This document shows positions 49,096 to 59,268 of a stretch of 64,000 bases of DNA, in pieces. Position 1 is the stretch's first letter, and each line of letters opens with the position of its first letter. Source of the stretch: an uncultured Chloroflexia bacterium (GTDB lineage: Bacteria; Chloroflexota; Limnocylindria; Limnocylindrales; CSP1-4); assembly GCA_963813535.1 (NCBI GenBank), contig CAWEZH010000002.1:960001-1024000 (forward strand), given 5' to 3'. The translations under genes were made by a program, and so were the position numbers. The notes beneath the pieces were generated by a model that was given only the letters and a program-made list of their open reading frames with translations, was not told where the DNA came from and did no database searches.

Positions 49096-49147
49096 CGGCT
49101 CGGATGCTACACGGACCGACCCGGAGACGGTGCGCGCGGTGCGGCCC

Positions 49148-50998
49148 TCAGGCTGGCGGTCGCGACCCGCGCACCCGATCGTGCAGGCCGTCGATCGAGG
49201 CGAGCGTGCCCTCCACCTCGGCCTTACGGGCACGGCGCTCGGCCGTTTCGCGCTTGGCGGCGCGGTCCAGGGCGGCCGCGCTGGCCGCGACGGTCCGGTG
49301 CAGCTCGACGATCCGGTCCATGAACCGCGCCCGCATCTGGCGCTGCATCTCGTCGATCACGGAGGCCAGCCGCCCATCGACCTGGAAGCGGATCTCCTCG
49401 ATCAGGTCGGCCAGGAACGTGCGTGCCTGCTGGCGACGATCGGTCAACCGGCGGCGTCGCTCGTCGAGCACCTCCTTGCCGCCGTACACCGCTGCCACGC
49501 CGAGCACCGCCGGACCCACGATCGCCGCGCCCAGCAGCGTCCCGACGAGACCCAGCAGCTCGACGCCCGCCTTGGCACCCGTCACGAGGCCGTACCCCGA
49601 TCCGAGTCGGGCTCGTGTGCGGCTCTCGAACTCCGGGTCGTTCGTCCAGAACTCCCCGACGTCGAACGTGATCGCCGGCACGTCGTCCTGCGGCCCGCGT
49701 TCCTCGTCGGCCAACAGCGCGGCGATGGTGGCCTGGACGTCGGCGGCGCCGGTGGCGGCGTTCCGGAACGCACCGCGGACGGATGTGGCGATCAGGTCCT
49801 GGACCCGGGCGCTGAGATCCGGCCAGATGGCGGCAGGGTCGGTGGCCTCGATCTCCCCCTGGGCATCGCGCAGGATCGACCGCATGTCGCGCTGGAACTC
49901 GAACGCGATCCGAGTGCGGAGGGCGCCGAACTCGTCGTCGAGGCGCGCCGACCATGCCGCGTCGACCCGCCGCAGGTCGGCGAGGCGCTGGCGCGAGGCC
50001 TCCAGCTCCTCCGACATCCGGCTCGCTGCGGCCGGGTCCGCCAGCGCAGCACGTTCGGCGATCAGCGGCTCGCGGAGCTGGCCGAGCACCCAGCGCAGCT
50101 CACCGGCGGCCGACTCAAGGGTGGCCGTCCGGGCGCGCTCGACGACATCGCCGCGAAGCGCCTCGGCAAAGGCGCCGTAGCCGCTCTCGTCATCGATCTC
50201 GTCGGATCGCATCTTGAGCGTCGAGCTGAGCCCGAACGGCCGTTCCATGAGCCCGATCGCGGCGAGATGGCCGGCGTCGAGCTCGAGGATGCGGCGCCAG
50301 CCTGGGTACATGTCGATCTTGGTAAGCGCCACGAGCACGGGCGGGCCGGCGGTGCGGGCACTTGCCAGGAACTCGAGCTCCGCGGCGGACAACTCGGCGG
50401 ATGCGTCGGTCACGAACACCAGCGCGTCGGCAGATGGGAGGAAGGCCAACGTCGCCGCGGCATGACCGGCGTTGAGTCCCCCGACCCCGGGTGTGTCCAC
50501 GAGCGTCAGGCCGCTTGCGAGCACGGGTTCGGGCAGCCGGACCTCGACGAGCTCGACGTCGCTTCGTCGTTCCCGACCCGGGACCTCCTGCGCCCATTCC
50601 GCGATCGCGGCGGGATCGATCGACTCGACAACCCGCTCGTCGCCATCGCGCCGGTGAACCTCGGCGCTCGCCGGGTCGCCGTAGCGGACGACCGTGACGG
50701 CGCTCGTTGCAAGATCGTCGTCGACGGGGCACGCGACCCTCCCCAACAGGGCGTTGATCAACGCGCTCTTGCCGTTCTTGAACTCACCGACCACGCAGAC
50801 GACGGTCTCGGTCCTGGCCGCGCGCCGCCGGATCTCCTCGATCCGGTCGGCAAGGTCGGCACGATCCAGGCGCTCGGCGAGGAGCCGGATGTCGCGCGCA
50901 GCCTCGTCCATGGCCCCAGGCGCATCGACCACCTCGTCGGTCGAGCCGGGCGCGTCGATCGGGCGCGTGGCCGGCGCCATCGTCATCGTCGCGGACAT
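49148..50998 (-). CDS. Dynamin-like GTPase (IniA-like)
   Basis: G1 VGEFKNGKS, G3 DTPG, G4 TKID; long helical stalk with a hydrophobic paddle (LLGLVGTLLGAAIVGPAVLG). Confidence 0.85.
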   Translation of the reverse strand: MSATMTMAPATRPIDAPGSTDEVVDAPGAMDEAARDIRLLAERLDRADLADRIEEIRRRAARTETVVCVVGEFKNGKSALINALLGRVACPVDDDLATSAVTVVRYGDPASAEVHRRDGDERVVESIDPAAIAEWAQEVPGRERRSDVELVEVRLPEPVLASGLTLVDTPGVGGLNAGHAAATLAFLPSADALVFVTDASAELSAAELEFLASARTAGPPVLVALTKIDMYPGWRRILELDAGHLAAIGLMERPFGLSSTLKMRSDEIDDESGYGAFAEALRGDVVERARTATLESAAGELRWVLGQLREPLIAERAALADPAAASRMSEELEASRQRLADLRRVDAAWSARLDDEFGALRTRIAFEFQRDMRSILRDAQGEIEATDPAAIWPDLSARVQDLIATSVRGAFRNAATGAADVQATIAALLADEERGPQDDVPAITFDVGEFWTNDPEFESRTRARLGSGYGLVTGAKAGVELLGLVGTLLGAAIVGPAVLGVAAVYGGKEVLDERRRRLTDRRQQARTFLADLIEEIRFQVDGRLASVIDEMQRQMRARFMDRIVELHRTVAASAAALDRAAKRETAERRARKAEVEGTLASIDGLHDRVRGSRPPA

Positions 50999-51030
50999 CT
51001 CTGGCGGCGTCCTCCCTCCTCCGGCCCGCG

Positions 51031-51066
51031 AGTGTAGCGTCCGACACGCGTCGCGCACGGTAGACT
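51031..51066. promoter_or_regulatory. Back-to-back -10 elements of the divergent dynamin and Hsp70 units
   Basis: TACACT on the minus strand (51031-36) and TAGACT on the plus strand (51061-66). Confidence 0.4.
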
Positions 51067-51097
51067 CGGGAACCCTGCCAACTGATCGAGGGGACTG

Positions 51098-52980
51098 ATG
51101 GCCTACTCCCTGGGGATCGACCTCGGGACGACGTACTCCGCGGCTGCGACCGCGCGCGGCGATCGACTCGAGATCTTCCAGCTCGGTGAACGCGCGGCGA
51201 CGATCCCGTCGATGGTTCTGCTCCGGGCCGACGGCGAGGTCCTGACGGGTGAGGCCGCCGAGCGCCGAGCGCTCGCCGAACCGACCCGCACCGGGCGCGA
51301 GTTCAAGCGCCGCCTGGGCGACCCGACCCCGATCATCCTGGGCGGCACCCCGTACGGCGCCGAAGCCCTGCTGGCCCACCTGCTCCGCGCGATCGTCGAG
51401 CGGGTGACGCAAGAGCTCGGTGAGCCGCCGTCGTCGATCACGCTGTGCCATCCCGCCGCGTACGGGGCATACAAGCTCGACCTGCTCCAGCAGGCCGTTC
51501 GCCAGGCCGACATCGGCCCGGTCACGCTGCTGACGGAGCCCGAGGCTGCCGCGCTCGACTACGCGCGCCAGGAGCGCGTGCCGTCGGGCACGGTCATCGC
51601 CATCTACGACTTCGGCGGTGGCACGTTCGACGCGACGATCCTGCGCAAGACCGACGACGGCTTCGAGCCGCTCGGTCAGCCCGAGGGCCTCGAGCGCCTC
51701 GGTGGCATCGACTTCGACGAGGCGCTGTTCCGCCGCGCGATGGAGCACGTCGCCAGCCAGGGCGTGACCGTCGACGCCAACGAGCCGGCGACGATGGCCG
51801 CGATCGCCCGGCTGCGTGACGAATGCCGTCGCGCCAAGGAAGCACTGTCGTCCGACACCGACGCGACCATCGCGATCTTCCTGCCGGGATTCCAGAGCGA
51901 GATGCGCCTCACGCGCTCGGAGTTCGAGGACATGATCCGGCCGCGCATCCACGAGACGATCGCGGCGCTCGGTCGGGCGACGCGGAGCGCCGGGCTCGAA
52001 TCCGGGGACATCGATCGCGTCCTGCTGGTCGGCGGCAGCTCGCGCATCCCGCTCGTCGCCGAGATGGTCCGCGACGCGACCGGTCGACCGGTGGCGGTCG
52101 ATGCGCATCCGAAGCACACGATGGCGCTCGGGGCGGCGTACGTGGCGGAGCAGCAACGAGTCGCGACGGCGGGGGCCGGGGCCGCGAGCGCGGCCGGGGT
52201 GGTCGCGGCCGGAGCGGCGGCGGCAAGTGCGGCGAGTGCCGCGGCCGACGCCGGGATCGGGACGCCGTCGCCGGTCCTCCCGGACGAGGTCGAGCCCGCG
52301 GCTGCTGCAGCGGCCGCCTCGGGGGTGGCTGCGGCGTCAGCCGCCGATCTTGGCGAGCCCGAGTCCGTGCTCGAACCGAGTCCGACGACGACAGGCGCGC
52401 CTCCTCCTCTTCCGGCGACGATCGCTCGAGGCGCATGCTGCCGGTCGGTCTCGCCCTCCTCGGCGCGCTGGTCGTCGGGGCAGTCGCGATCGGGGCGAAC
52501 CTCATGGGCGGTGGTGGCGGCGGAGCGGCGACCGCATCGCCCTCGGCGTCGCTGGCCGTCGTCCCGTCCGCGTCGCCGTCGCCGTCTGTTGCAAGCCCGT
52601 CGCCCAGCCCGGTCGTGACGCCGACCGCGGTCCCCTCCCCGACCGCCGTCCCACCGTCGGCCACACCGGCCGGCCGACAGGCACGGATCACCGGCATCAC
52701 GATCAGCGGCGGACGCTACGTCGTCGACTACGACGTCTTCAACTTCACCCCGGAACTGCCCGGCGGCCGGCACGTGCACTTCTTCTACGACACCGTCACC
52801 CCCGCGAACGCCGGCGTCCCCGGCAAGGGTCCGTGGTTCCTCTACGCGGGACCGGTGCCGTTCAAGGAGTACAAGGTCAGCGAGCGGCCGAGCGGCGCAC
52901 GGCAGATCTGCGTCCTCGTCGCCCGGGCGGACCATTCGGTCGTCCAGGACACCGGCAACTGCGTCGACATCCCGTCCTGA
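51098..52980 (+). pseudogene. Hsp70-family ATPase domain, Ala/Pro linker, TM helix and extracellular domain; frameshifted near 52400
   Basis: GIDLGTT, EPEAAA, YDFGGGTFD, LGGIDFD, AKEALS, LVGGSSRIP; the TM MLPVGLALLGALVVGAVAIG and the C-domain are in the adjacent frame. Confidence 0.8.
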
Positions 52981-52994
52981 CGCGGATCATCGCG

Positions 52995-54463
52995 ATGAGC
53001 GATCTGGCGACGGATGTCCGGGCGATCGCCGATCTCGCTCGGCAGGCGGCCGCTGGCACCGGCTACGTCGCGGCGATCGACACGGTCACGCGCCGACTCG
53101 ACGAGCCCTTGCGCGTCGCGATCGCCGGTCGGGTGAAGGCCGGCAAGTCGACGCTGCTCAACGCCCTGGTCGGCGAGCGGCTGGCGGCGACGGACGCCGG
53201 CGAGTGCACCAAGATCGTGACGTGGTACCGGCACGGCCTCGGGTACCGCGTGAGCGCCGACCTGCGTCCGGAGGGTCGCGCGGACCTCCCATTCCGGCGC
53301 GAGGACGGCGAGCTGGCGATCGACCTTGGCGAGCACGGCGTCGAGGGCATCGAGCGAATCGAGGTCGGCTGGCCGTCGGCCAAGCTCAAATCGATGACGC
53401 TGATCGACACCCCGGGTCTCGGGTCGGCGAACGAGGGCACGTCGGCGCGCACGATGGCGTCGCTGCTCGACACCGGCGTCGAGGGACCGGCTGACGCCGA
53501 CGCCGTGCTCTACCTGATGCGCCACCTGCATCACGGCGACGCCCGCTTCCTCGAGGCGTTCATGGACCACTCGATCGCGCATGCGTCGCCTGTCAACGCG
53601 GTCGTCGTCCTGTCGCGGGCCGACGAGATCGGTGCGGCCCGGCCGGACGCGCTCGATTCGGCGCACGCGATCGCGGCCCGGTACGCGTCGGACCCACGCG
53701 TCCGCGAGCTGGCCTCGGGCGTGCTGCCGGTCGCCGGACTCCTCGCCGAGACCGGCGCGACGCTCCGCCAGGAGCAGTTCGAATGGATCCGCCAGGTGGC
53801 TGGCCTGGATGCGGAGGTCCGCGATCGACTGCTCGTTTCGGTCGAACGCTTCCGCGACGACGGCGAGAACCCGCTGAGCGAGGCGATCCGCGAAGACCTT
53901 CTGGAGCGCCTTGGGTTGTACGGGTTGCGGCTGGCGACCCAGCTCGTGGCCGACGGCTCCGTGCGCACGGCTCCGGAGCTCTCGACCGCGCTGCTCGAGC
54001 ATTCCGGGATCCGGGCGCTGCAGCGCGTGCTCGAGCAGTCGTACTCGGCGCGCGCGTCATTGCTGAAGGCAAGGTCGGCGTTGGTCGCACTGCGGGCGAT
54101 CGCGATCGTCCTGGGTCGGGACGGCGTGGCGGAAGCCGGTCAGGTGGTCGAGGCGATCGACCGGCTCGAGGCGTCGTCGGGTGCGCTGGCGCTGCTTCGG
54201 CTGCAGCACCTCGTGCTGGCGGGTCACCTGGAATTGAGCGATCGGAGCGCGCGGAGGTGGACCGGCTGTGCAACCCGGGCGATCCGCGTGTTCGGGCAGG
54301 GCTGGACAGCGACGCGACGGACGACGACGTGCGTGCGGCGGCTCTGGCCGGCGTCGAGCGCTGGCGGGCTCGTGCCGGCAACCCGTTGAGCGACCGCCGC
54401 CTGATCGAGGCGGCCGAGATCGTCAGCCGCGCCTATGAAGGGATCTACGCAGGCGCCGGCTGA
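52995..54463 (+). pseudogene. Dynamin-like GTPase (IniC-like), frameshifted near 54243
   Basis: AGRVKAGKSTLLNAL, IDTPG, LSRADE, PVAGLLA; the C-terminus ERAEVDRL...RWR...RAYEG continues in another frame. Confidence 0.82.
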
Positions 54464-54502
54464 AGGGCGGTATCGGACGACCGGCCCGCCTACACTCCTG
54501 CC

Positions 54503-54931
54503 GTGCGCCGGAACCTCCAGCCGAGCGACCTCGGCGATCTCCTGGATCGCCCGCTGAACGCCGTCCTGGGCTTGCATCGCAAGGACGGCTCGATCCTCCT
54601 GACGCCGGTCTGGCATCTGTTCAAGGACGGCTCGTTCTACATCCAGTTTCCCGGTGGCGATCGGAAGATCGCCATGCTCGAGAGAGATCCGCGCTGCAGC
54701 ATCCTCGTCGCCGAGGACGACGTCCCGTATCGGGGGATCGAGGTCAGCGGCGAAGGTCGGACGTCGACCGACGACTACACGCGCTCGGGAACCGAGATCG
54801 TGCGCCGCTATGTCGAGGCTCACGATCCTGGGGCGATGCCGGCCGATTACCTGCTGGAGGGTGGGGTGATCGTGCGCATCGAGCCTACGGCGATCCGAGC
54901 CTGGGACTACGCGGACGCCGCCTACGTTTGA
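54503..54931 (+). CDS. Pyridoxamine 5'-phosphate oxidase (PPOX)-family protein
   Basis: KDGS..TPVW, RKIAMLERDPR, GIEVSG, VRIEP..RAWD. Confidence 0.8.
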   Translation: MRRNLQPSDLGDLLDRPLNAVLGLHRKDGSILLTPVWHLFKDGSFYIQFPGGDRKIAMLERDPRCSILVAEDDVPYRGIEVSGEGRTSTDDYTRSGTEIVRRYVEAHDPGAMPADYLLEGGVIVRIEPTAIRAWDYADAAYV

Positions 54932-55004
54932 CCGGCCGGGCGAGCCGACCTCATGGCTGGGCCCTAACATCAACCACCCGCGAACACCAGAGGAGGGAGA
55001 GGCC

Positions 55005-55331
55005 ATGCCGTTCTATCTGACTCGCTTCAGCTACACACCCGAGACATGGGCGCGACTCATCAGCAAGCCGGAGGATCGGCGCACCGCCGCACGGGAGTAC
55101 ATCGAATCCGTGGGCGGCAAGCTGCATGGCTTCTGGTACGCCTTCGGCGAGCAGGACGGCTACAACCTCTTTGAGGCGCCGGACAACGTATCCATGGCCG
55201 CCGTCGCACTCGCCATCGGCGGAGGCGGAGCCCTCAGTTCGATCGAGACCACCGTGCTGCTCACGGTCGAGGACACGCTGGCGGCTCTCGAGAAGGCGCA
55301 GTCGATCAAGTACAAGGCGCCTGGGAGCTAG
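55005..55331 (+). CDS. GYD domain protein
   Basis: FSYTPE, ESVGGKL..FWYAFGEQD, IETTVLLT; strong RBS. Confidence 0.85.
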   Translation: MPFYLTRFSYTPETWARLISKPEDRRTAAREYIESVGGKLHGFWYAFGEQDGYNLFEAPDNVSMAAVALAIGGGGALSSIETTVLLTVEDTLAALEKAQSIKYKAPGS

Positions 55332-55407
55332 CCGCCAAGCAGCGTCGGGGATCCTCCGCGCCCGAACGTCAGACGCACTTGAGTCTGGCGACGCGATCGA
55401 GTGATGG

Positions 55408-55431
55408 CTCAGTGTCCGGGAATGTCACCCG
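55408..55431 (+). repeat. 24-bp direct repeat, copy 1 (CTCAGTGTCCGGGAATGTCACCCG)
   Basis: Identical to 56459-56482. Confidence 0.9.
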
Positions 55432-55481
55432 AGCAACTGGTCTGGGAGCCGGAGCGTGGCACTGAAGTCCATTCGCGAAAG

Positions 55482-56360
55482 TCAGCCTTGTTCCCCTTGG
55501 CCCCCCTCCACGATGTCGGCGATGAACCGCGGCAAGGCGAAGCTGGCCTTGTGGAGCTCCGGGGTGTAGTAGCGGGTGTCGAGGCGAGCCGCATCGAACC
55601 GCTCCCGGAGCGTCGTGAGTGGCACGGTCCGGAGCCCTACGTCGTCCGTGCCCCAGCCGAATGCCATGAACCCGCCGACGTAGGTCGGCACGACCCCGAG
55701 GTAGCAAGTCGCGTCGGCGAACAACCCACCGAAGATCCGCATCGTCGACTGGAGCTCCGCGGGCTGGAAGAACGGGACACCGTTCTGCGTCACGAGCACA
55801 CCGCCGGGCTGCAGTACGCGCTTGCAGTTCCCATAGAACTCGGGGGTGAAGAGGGCCGCACCCGGACCGATCGGGTCGGTCGAGTCGACCACGATCACGT
55901 CGAACCGCCTGTCGACCGTCGCCACGAAATCGGCCCCGTCGCCGAGCACGATCTCGACGCGCGGGTCGTCGAACGCCCCGCGGCTCAGATCCGCGAGGTG
56001 CGTCCGGGCGAAATCGATGACGCCGGCGTCGAGCTCGGCGATCGTCACTCGCTCGACCGTCGAGTGCTTGAGGACCTCCTCGACGAGCCCGCCGTCGCCG
56101 CCACCGACGATCCCGATGTCGCGCGCCGCGCCGTGGGCAAGGATCGGGACGTGCGCCAGCATCTCGTGGTAGACGAACTCGTCGGCCATCGTCAGCTGCG
56201 TGACGCCATCGAGCGTGAACATGCGCCCGAACCGCTTGCTTTCCGCGACGACCAGATGTTGATGCTCGGTCTGGCTGTCGAACAGCACCCGATCCACCTT
56301 GATCGACATCCGCACGTCGTCGTAGAGGGTCTCAGTCAGCCAGATCTCGTCAGACTCCAT
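55482..56360 (-). CDS. speE: Spermidine synthase (polyamine aminopropyltransferase)
   Basis: LDGVTQ, DEFVYHEMLAH, GGGDGG, FDVIVVDSTDPIGPG, YYTPELH. Confidence 0.93.
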   Translation of the reverse strand: MESDEIWLTETLYDDVRMSIKVDRVLFDSQTEHQHLVVAESKRFGRMFTLDGVTQLTMADEFVYHEMLAHVPILAHGAARDIGIVGGGDGGLVEEVLKHSTVERVTIAELDAGVIDFARTHLADLSRGAFDDPRVEIVLGDGADFVATVDRRFDVIVVDSTDPIGPGAALFTPEFYGNCKRVLQPGGVLVTQNGVPFFQPAELQSTMRIFGGLFADATCYLGVVPTYVGGFMAFGWGTDDVGLRTVPLTTLRERFDAARLDTRYYTPELHKASFALPRFIADIVEGGQGEQG

Positions 56361-56458
56361 ATGGGTAGCGTACTGGCGCGCATCAGTCGTCCGAACACAG
56401 AGGATCGCAAGCGTTCGGCGGCAGTTGCCTCGAGGGGAGGCACATCAACGCCCAGTGA

Positions 56459-56482
56459 CTCAGTGTCCGGGAATGTCACCCG
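56459..56482 (+). repeat. 24-bp direct repeat, copy 2
   Basis: Identical to 55408-55431. Confidence 0.9.
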
Positions 56483-56616
56483 CTCAAGGTGGCGATCGAA
56501 TCGGATCAGGAGCGCGCGCGAGAGGCAAGCTCGACGGACTCCGCGGCCTGTCGGCCGAGAAGCCCCGAGGCGGATCTGTAGGGCGAGCGCGACATGCTCG
56601 GCCACGGCTTCCCCGT

Positions 56617-57531
56617 TTAGGCACCGGCTCGACTGGCTCGCAGGCGTGGCAAGACGTCGGTGGCGATCCGTTCGAAAGTCCCCACCTGCCGATCTTCCAA
56701 CGGGTAGTAGAGGCCGATCTCGTCCATGCCGAGCTCGATGATCCGACCCACCATGTCCTCGAAGCGATTCGGCGAATCGAAGTAATCGATCGACCCCCCT
56801 CGGGGTCGGGCCTTGGCGTCGAACATGGTGTAGGAGCGTCGCAACGTCGCCGGCTCGCGCCCAACCGACGCGCAGACTTCGTCCATCAGCGTCGCACGTC
56901 GACGTGTCTCGTCCACCTGGTCCTCGAACGATTCATGGAACGACAGGCTGTTCCAGGTGTCCGCGTACCGAGCGGCGTTGCGCATCATCACCGGCCCAAG
57001 CGCCCCGACCATGATCGGCGGCCGCGGCGACTGGACCGGACGGGGATTCATGATCGCCCCAGCTACCTGGTAGAAGTCACCCGCGAACGATGTCACCTCG
57101 TCGCGCAGGAGGCGATCGACGATCTCGACATATTCCGCGAGCCTGGCGACGCGTTCCTTCGGCTCCCAGTCGGGGATGCCGATCATGCCGTACGACGGGT
57201 CGTGCACGAGGCCCGTCCCCAGCCCGATCTCGAGTCGGCCATGCGAGATGTGATCGAGCGTCAGGGCTTGGCGAGCGAACAGCGCCGGGTTCCGGAATGG
57301 GATCTGCGTAACGCAGCTGCTGAGTCGGATGGACGTCGTGGCGGATGCCAACCCAGTGAGTGCCGTCCAGGACTCGAACCACGGACTCGGCGGGTTGGTC
57401 CAGTCGACGAAATGATCCGGTAGCGCCGCCACCTCGATCCCGAGCTCGTCGAGACGGACGAACCGCTGTTTCAGGACGTCCCATGGGACATTGGGCAGGC
57501 ACAGGACCTGGAACCTGAGCACCGGGCTCAT
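56617..57531 (-). CDS. LLM-class flavin-dependent oxidoreductase
   Basis: PDHF, TLDHISHGRLEIGLG.G, PRPVQSPRPPIMVGA.GP, ARYADTWN. Confidence 0.88.
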   Translation of the reverse strand: MSPVLRFQVLCLPNVPWDVLKQRFVRLDELGIEVAALPDHFVDWTNPPSPWFESWTALTGLASATTSIRLSSCVTQIPFRNPALFARQALTLDHISHGRLEIGLGTGLVHDPSYGMIGIPDWEPKERVARLAEYVEIVDRLLRDEVTSFAGDFYQVAGAIMNPRPVQSPRPPIMVGALGPVMMRNAARYADTWNSLSFHESFEDQVDETRRRATLMDEVCASVGREPATLRRSYTMFDAKARPRGGSIDYFDSPNRFEDMVGRIIELGMDEIGLYYPLEDRQVGTFERIATDVLPRLRASRAGA

Positions 57532-57672
57532 GGCGCATTCTGGCACGCTCCATCGAGGGCGCTCGGGCGGCTAGATAGTCGCAACCGGGTGACGCGGATC
57601 GATGTGATCGAGCCTGTGTCGCATCCAGGAGCTTCATCCGCGCGGAGGATACGACCTCGCGGTGGCAATGTG

Positions 57673-58188
57673 TCAACGCACCTGAACGTCGACGTCGACC
57701 GGTACCGCTCGGACGACCGCGTCGTGAACCGGGCACTTTGCGACCGCATCCTCGATCGCCGCGCGCACCGAGCTGGCATCCACACCGCCCGCTGACGCGG
57801 ATACGGCGACCCGGATGCTCAGCGGACCGGCGGGGACGCTCTGATCGATGCCGAGGATCCCGCGATCATCCGACTCCGAGTCGACCACCACCTCCAGGCC
57901 GCTGAGCGACCATCCCTCCTGGGCGCCTCGCATGGCGATCAGGGTCGCCACGCACGACGCATAGGCCGCGCGGAACATCCACCCAGGACTCGGGGCCGAC
58001 GCCCCACCGCCGATCCCGGTGACCATGTCCGTCACGAGCGAGGCGCCGTCGGCACCGGTCACGCGCACCCGCAGCCCGTCCTCGATCGAAGCCGTCGCGG
58101 CGCCGTCGCGATACCTCGCCCCAGTCGGATTAGACGTCAGGTAGGACCGCGCCTCCGCGATCGCCCTTGCGATGTCCGCCTCGCCCAC
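57673..58188 (-). CDS. OsmC family protein
   Basis: DM..GIGG..SAPSPG...ASC and CPV motifs. Confidence 0.8.
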   Translation of the reverse strand: MGEADIARAIAEARSYLTSNPTGARYRDGAATASIEDGLRVRVTGADGASLVTDMVTGIGGGASAPSPGWMFRAAYASCVATLIAMRGAQEGWSLSGLEVVVDSESDDRGILGIDQSVPAGPLSIRVAVSASAGGVDASSVRAAIEDAVAKCPVHDAVVRAVPVDVDVQVR

Positions 58189-58199
58189 CGCTATCCCTC

Positions 58200-59243
58200 C
58201 TACCCTTCCGGCGCGTCCAGGTCGCGCGCATACCGAGGAAATCGGAAACGCTGGTCGCGCGTCAGGATCCCGCCGTGGCCGAGCTTCGCCACTGTCGCCT
58301 CCGACGCTGGCTCGCCGGCCAGCAACCTGGGCAGCAACAGATCCGCCGCCGTCGCCTTCGAGTAGGCGCCGCACGTCGGCAACCCCAGGATCGACGTTCC
58401 ACCGACCCGTGCCAGCCACAGCATCGAGCCGGGATGCGACGGCACGCCTCGCCGCACGACGCGCCCACCGAGCGCCTCGATGGCGATGAAGAACGCGTCC
58501 TCGGGGTCGGTCGAAGCCGACCCGGCCGTCAACACCAGGTCGGCCGTCTCGGCTCCCCGGGTGAAGCGCCCGACCGCGGTCTCCACGGCATCGGCATCGT
58601 CCTCGACGTAGACGATATCGAGGATCTCCGAGCCGAGACCCTCGACCTTGGCGCGCACCGATGCCTCGAAGCGCTCCTTCGCCGTCGCCCGGACGGACTC
58701 CTTCACGACGACGCCGACGCGCCGAGCGACGAACGGCGCGACCGAGACGATCGGCTGGCTGCCGAAACCCGCGATCCGCGCACCCGCCTCGATCACCCCG
58801 GCATCGACGAGGTGCGGCGCGACCTTCACGCTCGCGACGAGGTCGCCGCGCTCGACGACCTGGCCGTCGTAGACCGTGAACACCTCGAGCGGGTCGAGCC
58901 GGTTGATCCGTTCGAGATCGGCGATCCGCACGGTCACGACGCCGTCGACCGCCGCGACCAGGTCGAGCCGGCTCTGGTTCGGGCCGCGGACATCGAGCCC
59001 GCTCCCGGCGATCGCCTTGGCCAGCCGAAGTGCGGCCTCGTCCTCGTGCAGCTCGTTGCCGCTCGCGACCAGCACGCTCACGGGCGGGCCCGGCTCCTCG
59101 GCGGCCAGCGCGAGGAGGTCCTCTTCCGACAACCGTCGGCCCTTCGACCAACGCTTGCCGCCGACCGTGAGGTCGCGCGTCAGGACCGCGCCGGCCAGCC
59201 GGGCGGGGGCGCGCCGGCCCGGGACGACCCGCTCGACGCGCAA
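58200..59243 (-). CDS. Molybdopterin-binding (MoeA/MogA-like) domain protein
   Basis: LHEDEAA, VASVK..PH, DPED, GVPSHPGSMLW, GLPTC, DLLLPRLLAG. Confidence 0.75.
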   Translation of the reverse strand: MRVERVVPGRRAPARLAGAVLTRDLTVGGKRWSKGRRLSEEDLLALAAEEPGPPVSVLVASGNELHEDEAALRLAKAIAGSGLDVRGPNQSRLDLVAAVDGVVTVRIADLERINRLDPLEVFTVYDGQVVERGDLVASVKVAPHLVDAGVIEAGARIAGFGSQPIVSVAPFVARRVGVVVKESVRATAKERFEASVRAKVEGLGSEILDIVYVEDDADAVETAVGRFTRGAETADLVLTAGSASTDPEDAFFIAIEALGGRVVRRGVPSHPGSMLWLARVGGTSILGLPTCGAYSKATAADLLLPRLLAGEPASEATVAKLGHGGILTRDQRFRFPRYARDLDAPEG

Positions 59244-59268
59244 CGCTCAGACGCTGGGATCGAGCGCG

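Noticed and set aside
49148-52156. 1002-aa ORF as a giant dynamin
   Set aside because: The first ~385 codons are antisense to the Hsp70 gene; the dynamin starts near 50998.
54464-57672. Integron attC cassette array
   Set aside because: No convincing RYYYAAC...GTTRRRY paired sites, mixed gene orientation and no integrase.
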